Notes under the pieces: generated by a model | Seen by the model: only the letters and a program-made list of their open reading frames with translations | Told to the model about the DNA's origin: nothing | The model's database searches: none | Shown here: piece by piece, positions 1-12,624 of the stretch | How positions within the stretch are numbered: position 1 is the first letter of the stretch | Layout of the letters: each line of letters starts with the position of its first letter | Translations under genes and position numbers: made by a program | Source of the DNA: Amoebophrya sp. A120 | Taxonomy: Eukaryota > Protista > Dinoflagellata | Direction of reading: 5' to 3' | Assembly: GCA_905178155.1 (NCBI GenBank) | Contig: CAJINV010000009.1 | Location: 3,554,275 to 3,618,274 of the forward strand | Length of the DNA stretch: 64,000 nucleotides

Positions 1-731
1 TCAACAAGCAGCGCTGCCGATAGGTTTGTTCGACCTGTGGAGGTGTAGCTAAAGCCGTTTGCTGGCATTGTTGGGAAGGAGACCACTAGTACTTGATTCA
101 TACTGCGAGCGGTGCGTACAGTCGAGAGAAGTTGAAGTAGATGTGTACTACTATGTTGTGATCCTCTTCGAGCGACGACGAGAGTGGAAGTATTTGTGGT
201 GATTGGCGGAGATTAAGATCAATAAAAAGCGATCCGTGTTGATGAAAAAGAGGGTTCAAAGTGGATTTGTTTCGATCAACGAGAAAGATAGATGACCAAC
301 ACAAGAACTACGCGGGACATGGATGCAGCGGAGCACCCCTTCGATTCCGCAGTCGAGCCTGTTCCTGATGGCATTTCAGTGAAAACACAAAAAAAGCCTC
401 TCCGGCGCCCGACGTCTTGCCTCCTCCTCCCCTAATGAAGGCACTACCCTCGTCCCCGCACTGAGCTAGTTAACTTCGCGCAGTCTACTTGAGCCAGTCC
501 TTTTGACGTGAAGAGCCTTCATCATTCGCAAGAAACAGACTTACTTGGGCGCCGGCTTTGGCGCTCTACTTTCTTGTAGTTCTACAGGGGCTGCTGAATG
601 AAATATAAGACCCGAGGCTGCTGAAATACAGCTCCTGAAGCTCTGGCCCCACAAACATTTAGAAAAAGGCCTCCGACACAGGTAGACTTTTGCTTCTGGA
701 ATTTACAACTATGAGACACCAGATGATCCGT

Positions 732-1095
732 CATCTAAAATCTCAAGAATACCAACAAGGGGGACCTCCCAAAGGGGGTCCCTAAATCCGTATTCTTGAG
801 ATTTTAGATGAAGGCCAAATCGAGGGTTTCCGCTGCATCTAAAATCTCAAGAATACCAACATTGGGGTCCGCCCAAGACACCTCCCCGGAAGGGGGCTTC
901 CGGGGAAATCGGCGACTCGGGGCCCTTTTCGCACCCCCATCCGATCAGCCAAATCGACCGGCTCAGGTGCATCTAAAATCTCAAGAATACCAGAAAAGGG
1001 GTCGCCAAGTGGCCAACGCCCGGCCCGCCTTTTGGGGCCCCTTGATTTTGGCCAAATCGGCCGACTCAGGTGCATCTAAAATCTCAAGAATACCA
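732..1095. repeat. Dispersed 21-bp repeat CATCTAAAATCTCAAGAATAC, four direct copies plus one inverted
   Basis: Direct copies at 732, 836, 970, 1073; inverted copy 790-810 forms a hairpin with the first. Confidence 0.9.
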
Positions 1096-1635
1096 AAAAG
1101 TGGGCAACCTTGGGGCCCGCGCAAAAGTTCGTCGGACTTGGCACAACTTCCGGGCCCCTGCCAAACGTCCGAGATGAACTCCCTTAGTGTGTGCCGATTA
1201 GGGCTTTACTTTCTGGAGGTTGGTACTTTACTGCGCCCAATGTCCCGTTCGGGCACAGGAAGGCCTCCTCCGCTACAGTGCCATAGCAGGACACTCCTGA
1301 AAGCAGCCCGACCGAATGAGTTGCGCGACGTTTGCTACCCTCCCCCTGTTGGTGCGTGTTTTCCAAAAATGGGATGAGTGGCGTTTGCAAATGAAACAGC
1401 ACGCAGCTACACTGCGAGCTGACCGCGGCGAGTCGCGTGTTGATTTTTTTGTCAGTTTTCTTATTCTTGAACTTTTCCCCTTAGTAAACGAGAAAGATAG
1501 ATGAGCAACACAAGAACTACGCGGGACATGGATACGGTGCATTTCAATGCTTTCTACTGTGGCGAAGGCGAAGTCGGAGATTTGTGAAATTACAATTAGC
1601 AAGCCACCTCCGCCAGCACTGGAACCCGAACAGCT

Positions 1636-4600
1636 ATGACAACCTCGAGGAACTACAGTGACAAGTACAAGAGCCCCCGAAAAAGGGCCCGCCTACGCAG
1701 ACCTGGCCGCTCTTCAGTGAAAAACAACTTGCTCACAAAGCTGCTTGAAGCCGTGAAAGGACGCATCCAGGACCTACAGAGAAGAGTACTAGATCCCTTT
1801 TTCCAAGAATCACGACGTAATGCTAAAGGTGATAGGGACCGTCAAGAACGCAGCTGGTTTGCTTTTCCAGTTTCGGGAGTAGGACCGGCCACTTCGACGT
1901 CCCCGGGCAGGAAAATGCGAAAAAACATCGATGCATGCAGCTCCTGTAAGGCGAGAGCGAGACGGACCGCCACGCATGGGCATCAGCGAGGACGGCGAGA
2001 AACGTCTGATCACATGAGCGGGAGGACTGTGAGCACAAGAACTAGCGATAACTCATCGTGTATTTCTCCCCGATCATTGCAAAATGCCGTAGGCTACAGC
2101 TGCGGTTGCCGAACAAGGTGGAGAAGGAGAACGGCACAGAGAAACGGAGTTGCAGCTGGTGCTACAAGCGGTGCTGCGACAAGGGCAACGACCGGAATAA
2201 TAAATGGGGCACCTGAAGATGTAGGAGCGCGGCGTAGTTGCAAAACGATCTCTTCGACTAGAGTCAGAGACAAGAACCTACCAAGCCCCAGCACCAGCCT
2301 CCACTGCAAGAACCTGATAAACCCCTTTCACCCGAAAGAGCAGTTCCCAATATTCCTATCCCTGTTCCTCTACCTCCAAACCTTCCTCAACTTTACCTTC
2401 GCCGCCTACTTCCACGTCCCGCCAGTCGACTCCACCTGGGTCCGCCCACTCATCCTGCCCTGGGAGCCGGTACGAGGGACGAAGGACGCGATTCTAGTCA
2501 CTTGGACCACCGGCTGGAACCCCAACGCCGCAGTTCTACGCTCGGTGTTGCAACGACGCTACCCCGTCGCGATCGGGTCCATGAACATCGATCTGCGGAA
2601 CAGGAACCAGGAATCCGCTACTTGGTACAACTCCACCGAACAATTCCCAGGATTTTCGCCCTGGGAAACGGTGTACGAGGGTCCGGGAAAGCAGTTCGAG
2701 AACACAAACCTACTCCCCGGCCATCCCTACGAGTTCCGGGTAAAGACGATCGGGCGGAACATTTTGAAATCAGTCCACCTCGGCGAGAACCCAGACACGG
2801 AGTCCGAGTGGTCGGTCCCGCAGATGGCCCACACGAACTACGACCCGATCCGGGAGCGGTTTCCGATCTTACTCCAGGGGATGTCGGCGCACAACCCGGA
2901 CTACGCCATAATCGAAATCGACCGGATCCAGGTTTACAGAAGAAGGGACGAGAAGGGCTTGGTTTTGGCGGTTTTCAGTAGGTGGAACATGCAGCTGATC
3001 TGGTATAAGAATTTTTTTTTTGCTAATTATCCATTGTACTGCGCGGGTGCATGACAGCTGTTGCCTTGCATCGGCGTTACGCGTGACAAATTATCATATT
3101 TTATCAGGTTGAAAACGTACAACACCTTCAACTATCCGGGGGATTCGAACGCGATGGCAAAGGACATTCGAAGATTATGGATTGCAAATATGTCTGGGTC
3201 TGAAAGATTCTAAACTTGTAATGCTGTCTCTGGATTCTACAAGAATTTGTATTGCATGACCAGCAAGAGGACTCCGGTTTGTGCTACGCGGAGAGGGCAT
3301 TTGTCATCCGGTACAGGCATCACAAAGTCCTCTAAAAATATGTGATGCTTGGGCATGCATCACAAACATCATGGGTCATTCAAAATATTATATGCATGAC
3401 AAACTTGGCAATCTTCCAGACCCAGACACTTTTGCAGTTGATAAAGATTAGATCAGTCCCATTTCATCGCGGTTGTCTCCACCGACGCGTGGGAGTGGAA
3501 CGTGACGCCGAGCCTGATAAAAGCCATGGAATTCTGCGGGGCCTTCCACTTCGCCACCTGGAGCCGGAATTACGGCGGGAGCCACATCAAGATGCCCACG
3601 CAGACAGGGTAGAAGAGGATAGGTTTTTTGATTATCTTCTCGATCTCCGAGAAGACTAACTTAGTCTTCTAACTAAACCTTAGTAAGGTTTCTACGCATC
3701 ACAACTGCTGTGTCTGTAGCAGCATCATGCTGCGTGCCAAACTCGCAGCTGGGAAAATGTTTCTGACTTCTTGTGAAAATCAAATATGTAAATCAGTTTT
3801 GACGTCGACCAAACCTCGAGCCAAAAGGGTTTCGGCAACCCCTACGCCTTCTGGGGCATTCCTGGTTCCGGAACCGGGATGGGGTTCGAATCCGTCGCGT
3901 GGCCAACCTCCGCTTACCTGATGCAGAAGCTGGCGCCAAACGCGATCGTGCGGCTGATTCTGTACATGGACTACGTGGTTCGCCACTACTTTGTTTCCCT
4001 CCCGTCGGTCCAAACGGTGTCTACGTCGTTTCACACGAAGGCTTTACCACCGACTCATGAGTCGTTGCACAACCCCTACACGTATGCACAGCGGCAGCTG
4101 GTGTGCGAAGGGCCGAACTGCAACGAGTACCAAGTCGGGGTAAAATCCTACATCCAGGAAGACGACTTTTACAAGGTCTACAACGGGGAACTCCGGGTCC
4201 ACATGGACAGGTTACTAGAAGCGAACCGCACCGTCGACCCGCATTACTACCACTTTTTCCTTTTCACCAACTCTTCCATCTACAAATTCGACCCCAGACC
4301 CGCGGAAACGAGAGTAACGGAACTAGAGCGGGTGTGGGGCGGGCCGTCGGAACGGTTTCACTTCAACGTGTCGGCGCAGGCGTATCAGCTGTCCGTGTTC
4401 CAAGAAGCCTTGCCGAGCTGGTTTCCGGAGAGAACGGGGATCCCTATGCTGTGCAAAAGTATCGTACTCGTAGCAATTGCGTTGATGCATGACAAATCTC
4501 TTTCTCAAGGTAAATCAGCATTACAAATTCGATTCGATTCGTAATGCTGCGCCAATTTGTAATGCAATTTATACTAGTACGATACTTGGTTTTGCAATGC

Positions 4601-5014
4601 ATAATTCCGTATAGGAAGCGATACTGCCCGGACCTGTTCCGGTCGGATCGGTTTGACATCAACCCGATAACATGCAGAAACACCTCCCGCAGGCCGACGA
4701 ATGAATCGACTCTCTCCCCAGACAACTCCTGTTGCGACTACTTGGACTGGAACGTGGGTGGGGACCCGAGCAGGGATTATTTCCTCGGGTTGAGGTGCGG
4801 GGTCGGGGTGGTACCGACGCTGTGTAACGAAACATTGACGAGTTTCTTACCCTCCATCTCGCACAAACCACCCTTCAACCACACGATGGGGCTGGGAACG
4901 CCATTGCCGCCGGTGTTTTCGAAACTTCCCCCCACGCAGTCGGTGATGGCCGCCATGCTGGGCTTCCAAAACCCGTTTCCGAACGGGCATTTTCACCACT
5001 TGGCAACGGTGTGA
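1636..5014 (+). CDS. Fibronectin type III + ILEI/GG-type-like domain protein (spliced; start uncertain)
   Basis: FN3-like segment WETVYEGPGKQFENTNLLPGHPYEFRVKT..SEWS. Spliced continuation GLVLAVFSRWNMQLIWLKTYNTF..AMAKDIRRLDQSHFIAVVSTDAWE..PYAFWGIPG resembles ILEI. GT-AG introns 3003-3107 and 3609-3796; introners 3176-3443 and 4445-4603. Confidence 0.65.
3176..3443. mobile_element. Introner family A (TIR ~TATCAAATGCAAAAATGTCTGGGTCTGGAAG)
   Basis: TSD AAGAT/AAGAT, TA termini; join RRLDQ. Confidence 0.9.
4445..4603. mobile_element. Introner family B (TIR ~TATnnnTGCAAAAGTATCGTACTCGTA)
   Basis: TSD ATCCC/ATTCC; join TGIPYRK. Confidence 0.85.
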
Positions 5015-5044
5015 TGAGGTGGTGGTGAATCGGGAATAAGCAGC

Positions 5045-7160
5045 AGAGGAATTATCGTCACATGGGATTTTTCCCGGAGGTACATTATTGCGCAGCAACT
5101 TGTCGTAGACTAGAGCTGACGCTAGCATGCTCCTGAGATCAATGAGATCATAGAGATAGGCTAGCAGTATGCCGATAGGTAGACGAAGATCTCGACACAT
5201 TGAGGGGCCGCACTAGTAGGATCAGACATCAGTGGATCACTAGGGTGACTAGGATCACATGCACTACACCACCAGGATGGTGAGCACAACACCATGACCA
5301 TGGTAACAATGTAAATGAATACAGTGCCAGAATGGCTTCTGGTCTCCGGGCCAGTAGCTTGACGAAACAAATTGCCCTGAACTCCGTAGCACCTTAGTTA
5401 GGTGCCTAGATAGTAACTCTGTTCTCTATCTCAGGACAGCATGCTAGTGCGCATGCCGGTCCTCGGTGGTTGACAGCACCTCGACAGAGTTATGAGCCCA
5501 AAGAGTTCCCCTATTGGGAGCGGGTAAGTACTACTAGCCACCCCGACCTATCCCTGCATAAGAGTAGGGAATGAGCTCCCCAGCTCGTGGCCGTAGTCGC
5601 CTCCTTGTGTGGCTAGTCCGCACATGGAGAGCCAGCTAAGCGCAAGGCGCTAGAAAGGGCAAGACCCCCCTCGCCACATATCTGTCGATGGCAGTTCTTG
5701 TTGCGAGCGTGGGGCACGTAAGTAAAAGTAAGTAGCAACACAAACATGGTGGCGCAGCAGCGACCTCCAGGGTGTTGCAGTAGAAGGAGAGGAATTATCG
5801 TCACATGGGATTTTTCCCGGAGGTACATCTACAGAAAGGTTTTGGCGGGAAGGTTTTGGCGGGAAGGGCAGTCAACGCACGAAAAAAACTTGGTTTCCCT
5901 GCCAAGCAGCAAAAGGCAAAGCAGAAAAATGAGCAAAGTTTTTCAGGTTCCCGATGCCCGCAAAACAAGCACGAACAAAACCAAAAGGCAAAGAGAAAAA
6001 AAATCCAAAGAAAACTGGCAGGCGCAAACCGCCAGCAGCAGCCCAAAACCTAGAACGCCTGGCCCGGCCGGCGCCTGTCGTGCCAGAACGAGAAGCAGGG
6101 CCCAGCAATCCAGGCAGAAAATGAGCGCGCGCCCTTCAGGTTGTTCTCGTTACATTCTGCCGCGTTAGACGCGCCCCCTAGCCTACCGGCTGGCACCAGA
6201 AATCCGCAGCAGGCGTAGCCACCCTCTCTGTTTTCATTGCAGTCACCCCAGTGTAACTAGGGCAAGGGTGCCGCTGTCGCTCCTCGGGGTGCATGTGTTT
6301 CGGCTAGCTGTAGCTGCGATTTGTGGAGTTAGGGGTCGCCGGTCCCGGTGATCGCTCGGCACATACAAAAAGAAGCAGACACAGCTGCAATCCCGTGAAC
6401 CGCTGCGCACCTCCTGTTGGCGCTAATTGTAAAGCGCGCGGGCGCGCCGCTCCAGTAGCAGAGCTTCGCCACAGCTCTTGCTTCCCAGTAGCAGGCACCC
6501 CTGCAGCAGCGCAATTATTTGGTCCAAGTCCTTTACCTTTTTTTACTGTATGCGAAGCTGATGAATATGAAAGTAGGCGGCCGCCCGACCTGCCTTGCTT
6601 CCCCGCCTGAACGCGACAGGTATTCCGGTGGTTGTCTCTGTGCCCCTCCCAGCCCGCGCGCGGTTGGTCGCTTTTGCGCTTCCGTTTTCGAGACGGTAGC
6701 TAGGCCGGTCGCGCGTGGAAGAACAACTACAAAGACCTGCTTGCAAAGCAGACAAGCCACGTAGTGTTCTTGTTTGAGTAGAAAAAGGCGACTTTTGGGC
6801 TCGAAGCTGTAGACAGTTTTGGGCCAAGACCTGTAGAGGTCGACCTCTAGAGGTTGACCTCTAGAGCTCACCCCTACAGGTTTTGCACCTCTAGAGGTCG
6901 CGGCCCTCCTCGAGCTCCAGGTTTTTCCACAGTAGTATGCGGATTCGAAATAGAAAAGTAGTCAAAAAAAAGGCTACCTCTAGAGCTTTGGCCCTCTTTT
7001 GGCCCAGGTTTGAGCCAGGTCCGCTTCACAGTAGCGTCGTCATTCGAAAAAAACCGGCAATGGCCGTCGTTTGAGCCTTCTTGGTCCCAGGTTTTAGACT
7101 ATTTGCTGCGAGTACTATAGTTCTTTTGGCTATCGTCACATGGGATTTTTCCCGGAGGTA
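5045..7160 (+). repeat. Three direct copies of TATCGTCACATGGGATTTTTCCCGGAGGTA
   Basis: 41-bp identical copies 5045-5085 and 5788-5828; 30-bp core at 7131-7160. Confidence 0.9.
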
Positions 7161-7809
7161 GATGGATACTACTTGACCTACAAGGCGGCCGGGACACGAA
7201 CACTCATTGCAAGGAAACGAAAGCTCATCGCGCTACTATGCGTAGTAGAACCGAGTGAGGATGTGTAGGTGAACGTGGACGAAAGACCCGAACAACTTTA
7301 CTTAAAGTTGTCAGCGTCAGCATTTTCTGGGTTCTTCTCTCCACACACACACACGCAATGTTGCTGGGAGGCAGATGACCGGCATGAAACCAGGTCTGCT
7401 ACTGCGTTGCTGTTTCTTGCAACCAACTACGAGTAGAGCGATCAAGGAAACTACAGCCCGTGAGTGTGAGCGAGGTAGTACTAGGAGGGAGAACCTTGAA
7501 ACTGAAAAATAGTCATATAATTCCCATGCCACGTCTTTATCACCGTACAATTTCGCAGGACCTCCTGTTCAACTTTGATGCGCCACCCATATTTCTATCC
7601 ACTTTCCCCTGCTGCTGCTACAATGTGTCTACCCTTTAGAAAAATGATTATTTCTCTTCCTCGTGTCCCGAAACAATAACAAGCATGCTGCTTTTTGTGT
7701 AGCAAACGAAAACCAGTACAGTAGTCGCTAGACTATCACCTCTACTCAATTTACCCAGGCTATGGCTATTCTAGGAACACAACCCCAAAAACATCTCTAA
7801 ACATCAACA

Positions 7810-10800
7810 ATGGGTCAACTTCTCAGTTGTTGCCCGCGCCGTGGCGCGACTGAGGCTTCCGCGAAGGTCACTCCTGCCAAACCCGGAGTTCTAGACCGGT
7901 CTGATGACCTCTCGAATATTGCGGTCGCCGGACCACCCATAACGGCCACGGCGGTTCTCTCCGAGGTCCCCTCCGATGTGGACAAACAGAAGGACTTGGA
8001 GAGAATTCAGCTCACCACCGCGTCTACGACCGTTTCTGATGTAGAGCTGCCGGACGTCCTATCCAGGAAAAAACACCCAGTTCCATCCAATTTGTTATGC
8101 AGAACATGCATAAGCTTAAGCTGCAGTGTTTGTCATGCAAAAAATGGATGGGTATGGGTGTTTTTTCCTGGATACGTCCCTGTCGAGAAGCAATTCATTC
8201 CGCCCCCAGCCACTTTCCTCGACCTCCCGCCGGAACTCCTCATGACGATCTCCGAGTTCATTTCGAAGAACAAACGATCGCTCTGTGTGATTTCAAAGTC
8301 GTTTTTCAAGAACGCGAATTTCACCGCCTTTCCGAGGAACGAACTGATTTTGGAAGCGTGTCGCCGGGGATACGCGGCGTGGCTAAATTTGGTTCTGGTG
8401 GACGAGGAGAATGTTGCAACAATTGTGGATGAAAACGATAAAACGGCTACATTCCTTCCAGTCATCCCTGAACAACTGTTAGAAAAACTTTCCTCCATCT
8501 ACGACCGCTGTAAGATGACGATTTTTCACCACTCCGTTGAGTCCGGAAACGCGGAGACGGTGAAATTCTGGATCGATTTGTTTTCCAAAACAGCGAACCC
8601 AAATCTGGAATTGTTGGAAAAATTGCTAAACTCCCAAGACGTGTGGAAGTGCGTTCCGATGCACCGGTGCCGAACCGCGGAGATCGCGACATTGCTAACC
8701 ACGGTGAAAGCAACAGATCCACAGAACAAAAGCAAGGAAATCAAGATCAAACCCAAGCTGAACCTCGTGACCCGGGCGGATGTGAAGGACACGCTCATTC
8801 AAGCGGGGGATTCCGTGGGTCATGTTGCAGTCCGGTATGATAAACCAGAAATGCTCCAGGCATTAATCGACCAGATGAAGCAGACCGGCTTGGATTTGAA
8901 CATCAGCAATCGAAACGGGGACTCTCCTTTGGACATCGCGGTCGATCTGAAAATGCCGGCTTGTATCCTGTGCAAAAGTATCGTACTCGTATTGCAGTCA
9001 TGCATTTACAAATCTTTTTCTCAGCGTAAATCTGCATTACAAATTTTATTTCGCATGCTGAGGAAATTTGTCATGCATTTATACGAGTGCGATACTTTTG
9101 CAATGCATAGCTTGCGGATCCTTACTAGTGAAAGCAAACGCAAGCCGTGCGCAATGGTCCGCGCGGAAAATGACCTGGTACCAGGTATGGCCTGCTCAAA
9201 CGTTACAATCTCAAACGTTACAATAGAATCTGAGATTTGTCTTGCATGATGGACATGACAGACTCGCAGACCATTCCACTTTCTGCAATACAAATTTCGC
9301 CAGATTGTAGTGCGCATTGGGACTCCAGAACTTGTCATGCGCAATCCTATGAGAGTTGGCTAGATCATGCACTCTTGCATCACAGATTTCAATATTCTAT
9401 TGTAACGCTTGAGATTGTAACACCTGAGCGGGTTATACCAGGCAGTAGAGACGAAAATGGTGTTTGTAGTGGAGTTATCAAACGTAAAAATGTCTGGGTC
9501 TGGAAGAATGGAACTTGTGCTGCTAAATCTGAATAATCCAAAAATCTGTGTTGCGTAAGTGCCAAAAGCTGTCCGCTTTTGACCAAGTTGGGAGGGAGTT
9601 TCTCGTGCAGGAAAGGCATGACAGAAACCTCAAAGAATCTGTCATGCTGGGTCTCGCATTGCAGACCTCATGGGTCATGGAAAACCTGCATCACAAATCT
9701 TGCATTCTTCCAGACCCAGACATTTTTGCATTTGATAGGAGTACATGAAAACGAAGGGTCTAGCAGCTCCCGGCGGGGTGAACTTCCAGCAAAACAACAG
9801 CACGGGGGCTCCTGGGGGGACGGGATTATCAGGACATCAGGGAACAAACAACAGCGAAACGGGGGAAGCGGCGCTGCATTTGGCGTGTAGCTCGTTTTCT
9901 AGTGAAGACGGTAGTCTCGTCGTCCCACTGGTCGCGGGAACTACAGGGGTGCAGCACACAGCTGTGCACCCGATAAAAGCAATAGACACCGGCGTCCTCG
10001 TCCTAGACCCCGAGATCTGCAAAATCCTGTTGGATTCCAAAGCGGACGCAACTTTACGCGATAAGTCCGGGCAAACGGCGCTGCACAAAGCGTGTGTCTC
10101 AATGCGGAACGTGTTGGGCTGCAAGGATGGTATTAAGCACTGCCACAAAGATCATTCGCAAGAGGCTGCAAATAAAATGCGCGACAACGAGAAGAAGGTC
10201 TTACAAACCTGTGATTTTTTGTTGAAAGCGAATCCGCGGACTGTGGCGTACCAGGACAATGAGAAGTGCTCCGCTTTGATGCTAGCAGCAGGCTCTGGCA
10301 GCTTGGAGCTCTTGAAGTTACTGATCAGCTACTGCAGTGCAACCAATCTAGAGAGGGAAAGTAGCGGTGTCGCGGGAGCAGGAGCAACATCAACATCTAC
10401 ATCATCCACTCCAACAGCGCATCAATCCGATTTATCGCCCTCGAAACTACCGCAAAACAGCAGGTCGCAAGACCCGGAGAAGTTGATTCTCGAGTCCCGG
10501 GACGTGCAGAAAAGGAATTTGCTCCACTACGCCTGCACGTTCGACAATGTGGAAGTGGTGAAATTTCTCATGGAAAACTACATTTTGAACGAAACAGAAC
10601 ATCCTCAAAACACGACGCCCACATCAAGTACAAATTCAATCAAAAACCGAAAATTACTGACCACCGCCGTGGACGAACGAGAGCGGATTCCCTTCATGAC
10701 GGCCATCGTCTCCCGGGCGAGAAATGTTTTACAGTATTTCCTCGAATTAGAAAAGCAGAGACCAACCACATCGCTCATCACAAAACAAGTGGATCAGCAG

Positions 10801-11998
10801 CTTCAGACACCACTGATGCTGGCTTGCGGCGACGCGGAATTGGTGGAAATTTTGCTGAAGGACGAAGAAATTATGAACTCCGAGATGATCGAGGAAGTCG
10901 ACTGGGAGGGCAGAAACGCGTGTCATATTTCTTGCCAGTTGGGAGATGTGGAGTCGTTGCGATTGCTGACGGAGGTCATGGATCGGAAGTACAGTGATGA
11001 GAGCGAAAATGTAGCGGGATCCGAGCTTCTACTGAATAACACAATGGACTGGGGCTGGACCTGCTTGATGCTGGCCTGTGACAAAGGCAGCTTGGAGTGC
11101 ATCGAGTTTCTGTTGCAGACAGGGAAAGAAAAAGATGTTGACATGGCAGCACCAGCATCAGAAACTTCTTCTACGTCAAAGATTTTAAACCAACTCAATG
11201 CCCGGCGGTCCGACGGCTGCACGGCGATGTTGGTTCTCGGGAAAACGGATCAGATTTCTATCAAATGCAAAAATGTCTGGGTCTGGAAACTTGTGATGCT
11301 GCATTGCGCATGATTGAAGCGCTTCCAATGGCAGCCAAGCATGACAAGTTTTTGAGAGGCCTTCTGATGCCTAGCAGGTATTACAAATTGCGTTTTTGCA
11401 TGACAAAGAAAGCCTCTCTTTTGCTGCTCATGCAACACAGATTTTCCAGGAATGCATGACACGCATTACAAGCTCACTTTTCCAGACCCAGACATTTTTA
11501 CATTTGATAATTTCCACCGGAGACCAACTTGTCCAGATCTGGGAAAAGATTTTACTACAGGCAGAGGATAAAAACCAGAAACCAGTTTCGGATTTGATTC
11601 TCTTCCAACTCACCCACGATAAAGAATCTTCCTCCTCCCGAACCTTACTCCATTTTGTCGCGCAGAACCCGCATATAGAAGTGAACAGCTGTCATACCGC
11701 GCTGGACTTTTTGCTCGCAAAAGGTGCGGATGTGAACGCAAAAGACTCCGTGAACTGGACGGCTTTGCATTACTGCTGTCAGAAGGGGGATTTGCTGTCT
11801 GTCGAAGTGTTATTCAAATACAACGCGGTCGATTCGGAAGATGACGTCGGGGTGTCCGCCAGGAGTCTGGCGGAAAAATGCGGGCATCACCATTTACTGA
11901 ACGCGTTTCCCGGCAATGTGAACTACACGCTGAATGCCACGGGGGGCAGCTTGGGCGGAAACAGTTTAGGAAGTGGGAGCTCGCCGATGCGGGCGTGA
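7810..11998 (+). CDS. Ankyrin-repeat protein with F-box-like motif and N-terminal MGxxxSCC acylation-like motif
   Basis: Ankyrin motifs GDSPLDIA, GQTALHKAC, RNLLHYAC, WTALHYCC; FLDLPPELLMTISEFI is F-box-like. Removing five introners gives a continuous frame (e.g. MPACGSLLVKANAS, WYQAVETKMVFVVEYMK). Confidence 0.85.
8060..8174. mobile_element. Introner family G (TIR TATCCAGGAAAAAACACCCA)
   Basis: TSD CGTCC; in frame and stop-free. Confidence 0.9.
8964..9109. mobile_element. Introner family B
   Basis: TSD GCTTG; join MPACGS. Confidence 0.9.
9186..9437. mobile_element. Introner family C (TIR with tandem CTCAAACGTTACA)
   Basis: TSD CCAGG, which also yields GT-AG ends. Confidence 0.9.
9476..9737. 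mobile_element. Introner family A
   Basis: TSD GGAGT. Confidence 0.9.
11259..11509. mobile_element. Introner family A
   Basis: TSD ATTTC; join DQISTG. Confidence 0.9.
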
Positions 11999-12624
11999 TG
12001 CAAGGATTGATTTCATGTTGAACTTGAATGAAAGAATTACGCAGGTACTAGTACAACTGACTGCTGATTACTTGTTTTGGTCGGTGTCGACAGCGAAATC
12101 GATTGCGGTGACATCGTGTTGCCAAACGCCATGGTTCACGGTGTATTTGCAAATGCTTAATGGTGCGGTTTAGTGATGTGCCGGAAGTAGAATTAATTGA
12201 GCTTGTTCTGCACCACATCGCGAGTGCAAGAGCGAAACCCCTGCTCCTGCGAGCGAAATGGATATTGATGGGCTTGGAGTGCTGGCGGGAGGCGCAGGTG
12301 ATTTTGTTGGCGTAGAGCGAGTTGTAGTGCGTCTGCGTAGTTGTGCCTTCAAAAGGGTTCTTCAATGCAAAAGTCATTGTGAGGAGATCATCACTGTCAC
12401 TCTGTGGATCTTAAACCAAAACTGTGATCTTGAGAACCAAATCAACACCAAAGAGGAGCCACCAGCCGCTGGTAGAAGTTGCTGCGGCTTCTGCGAAGAA
12501 GAAGATGGCTACGACTTGACAGTTCGAGCGGCAGGAGCTCGACCTCCAGAGCAGCTCCAGCGGTGAAAAACTCATGCTGCCCAGCGGGGCGACTGCGAGG
12601 GCGACAAGAGCACGACGAGAGAAG

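Noticed and set aside
732-1095. CRISPR-like repeat-spacer array
   Set aside because: Irregular spacing over 100 nt, one inverted copy, spacers partly similar to each other, eukaryotic context and no cas genes.
808-1377. 189-aa ORF with repeated SKISRIP
   Set aside because: By-product of the 21-bp DNA repeat; no recognisable domain.
6780-7130. Dinoflagellate spliced-leader relics
   Set aside because: TTTTGG(G)C-type words occur but there is no convincing match to CCGTAGCCATTTTGGCTCAAG.
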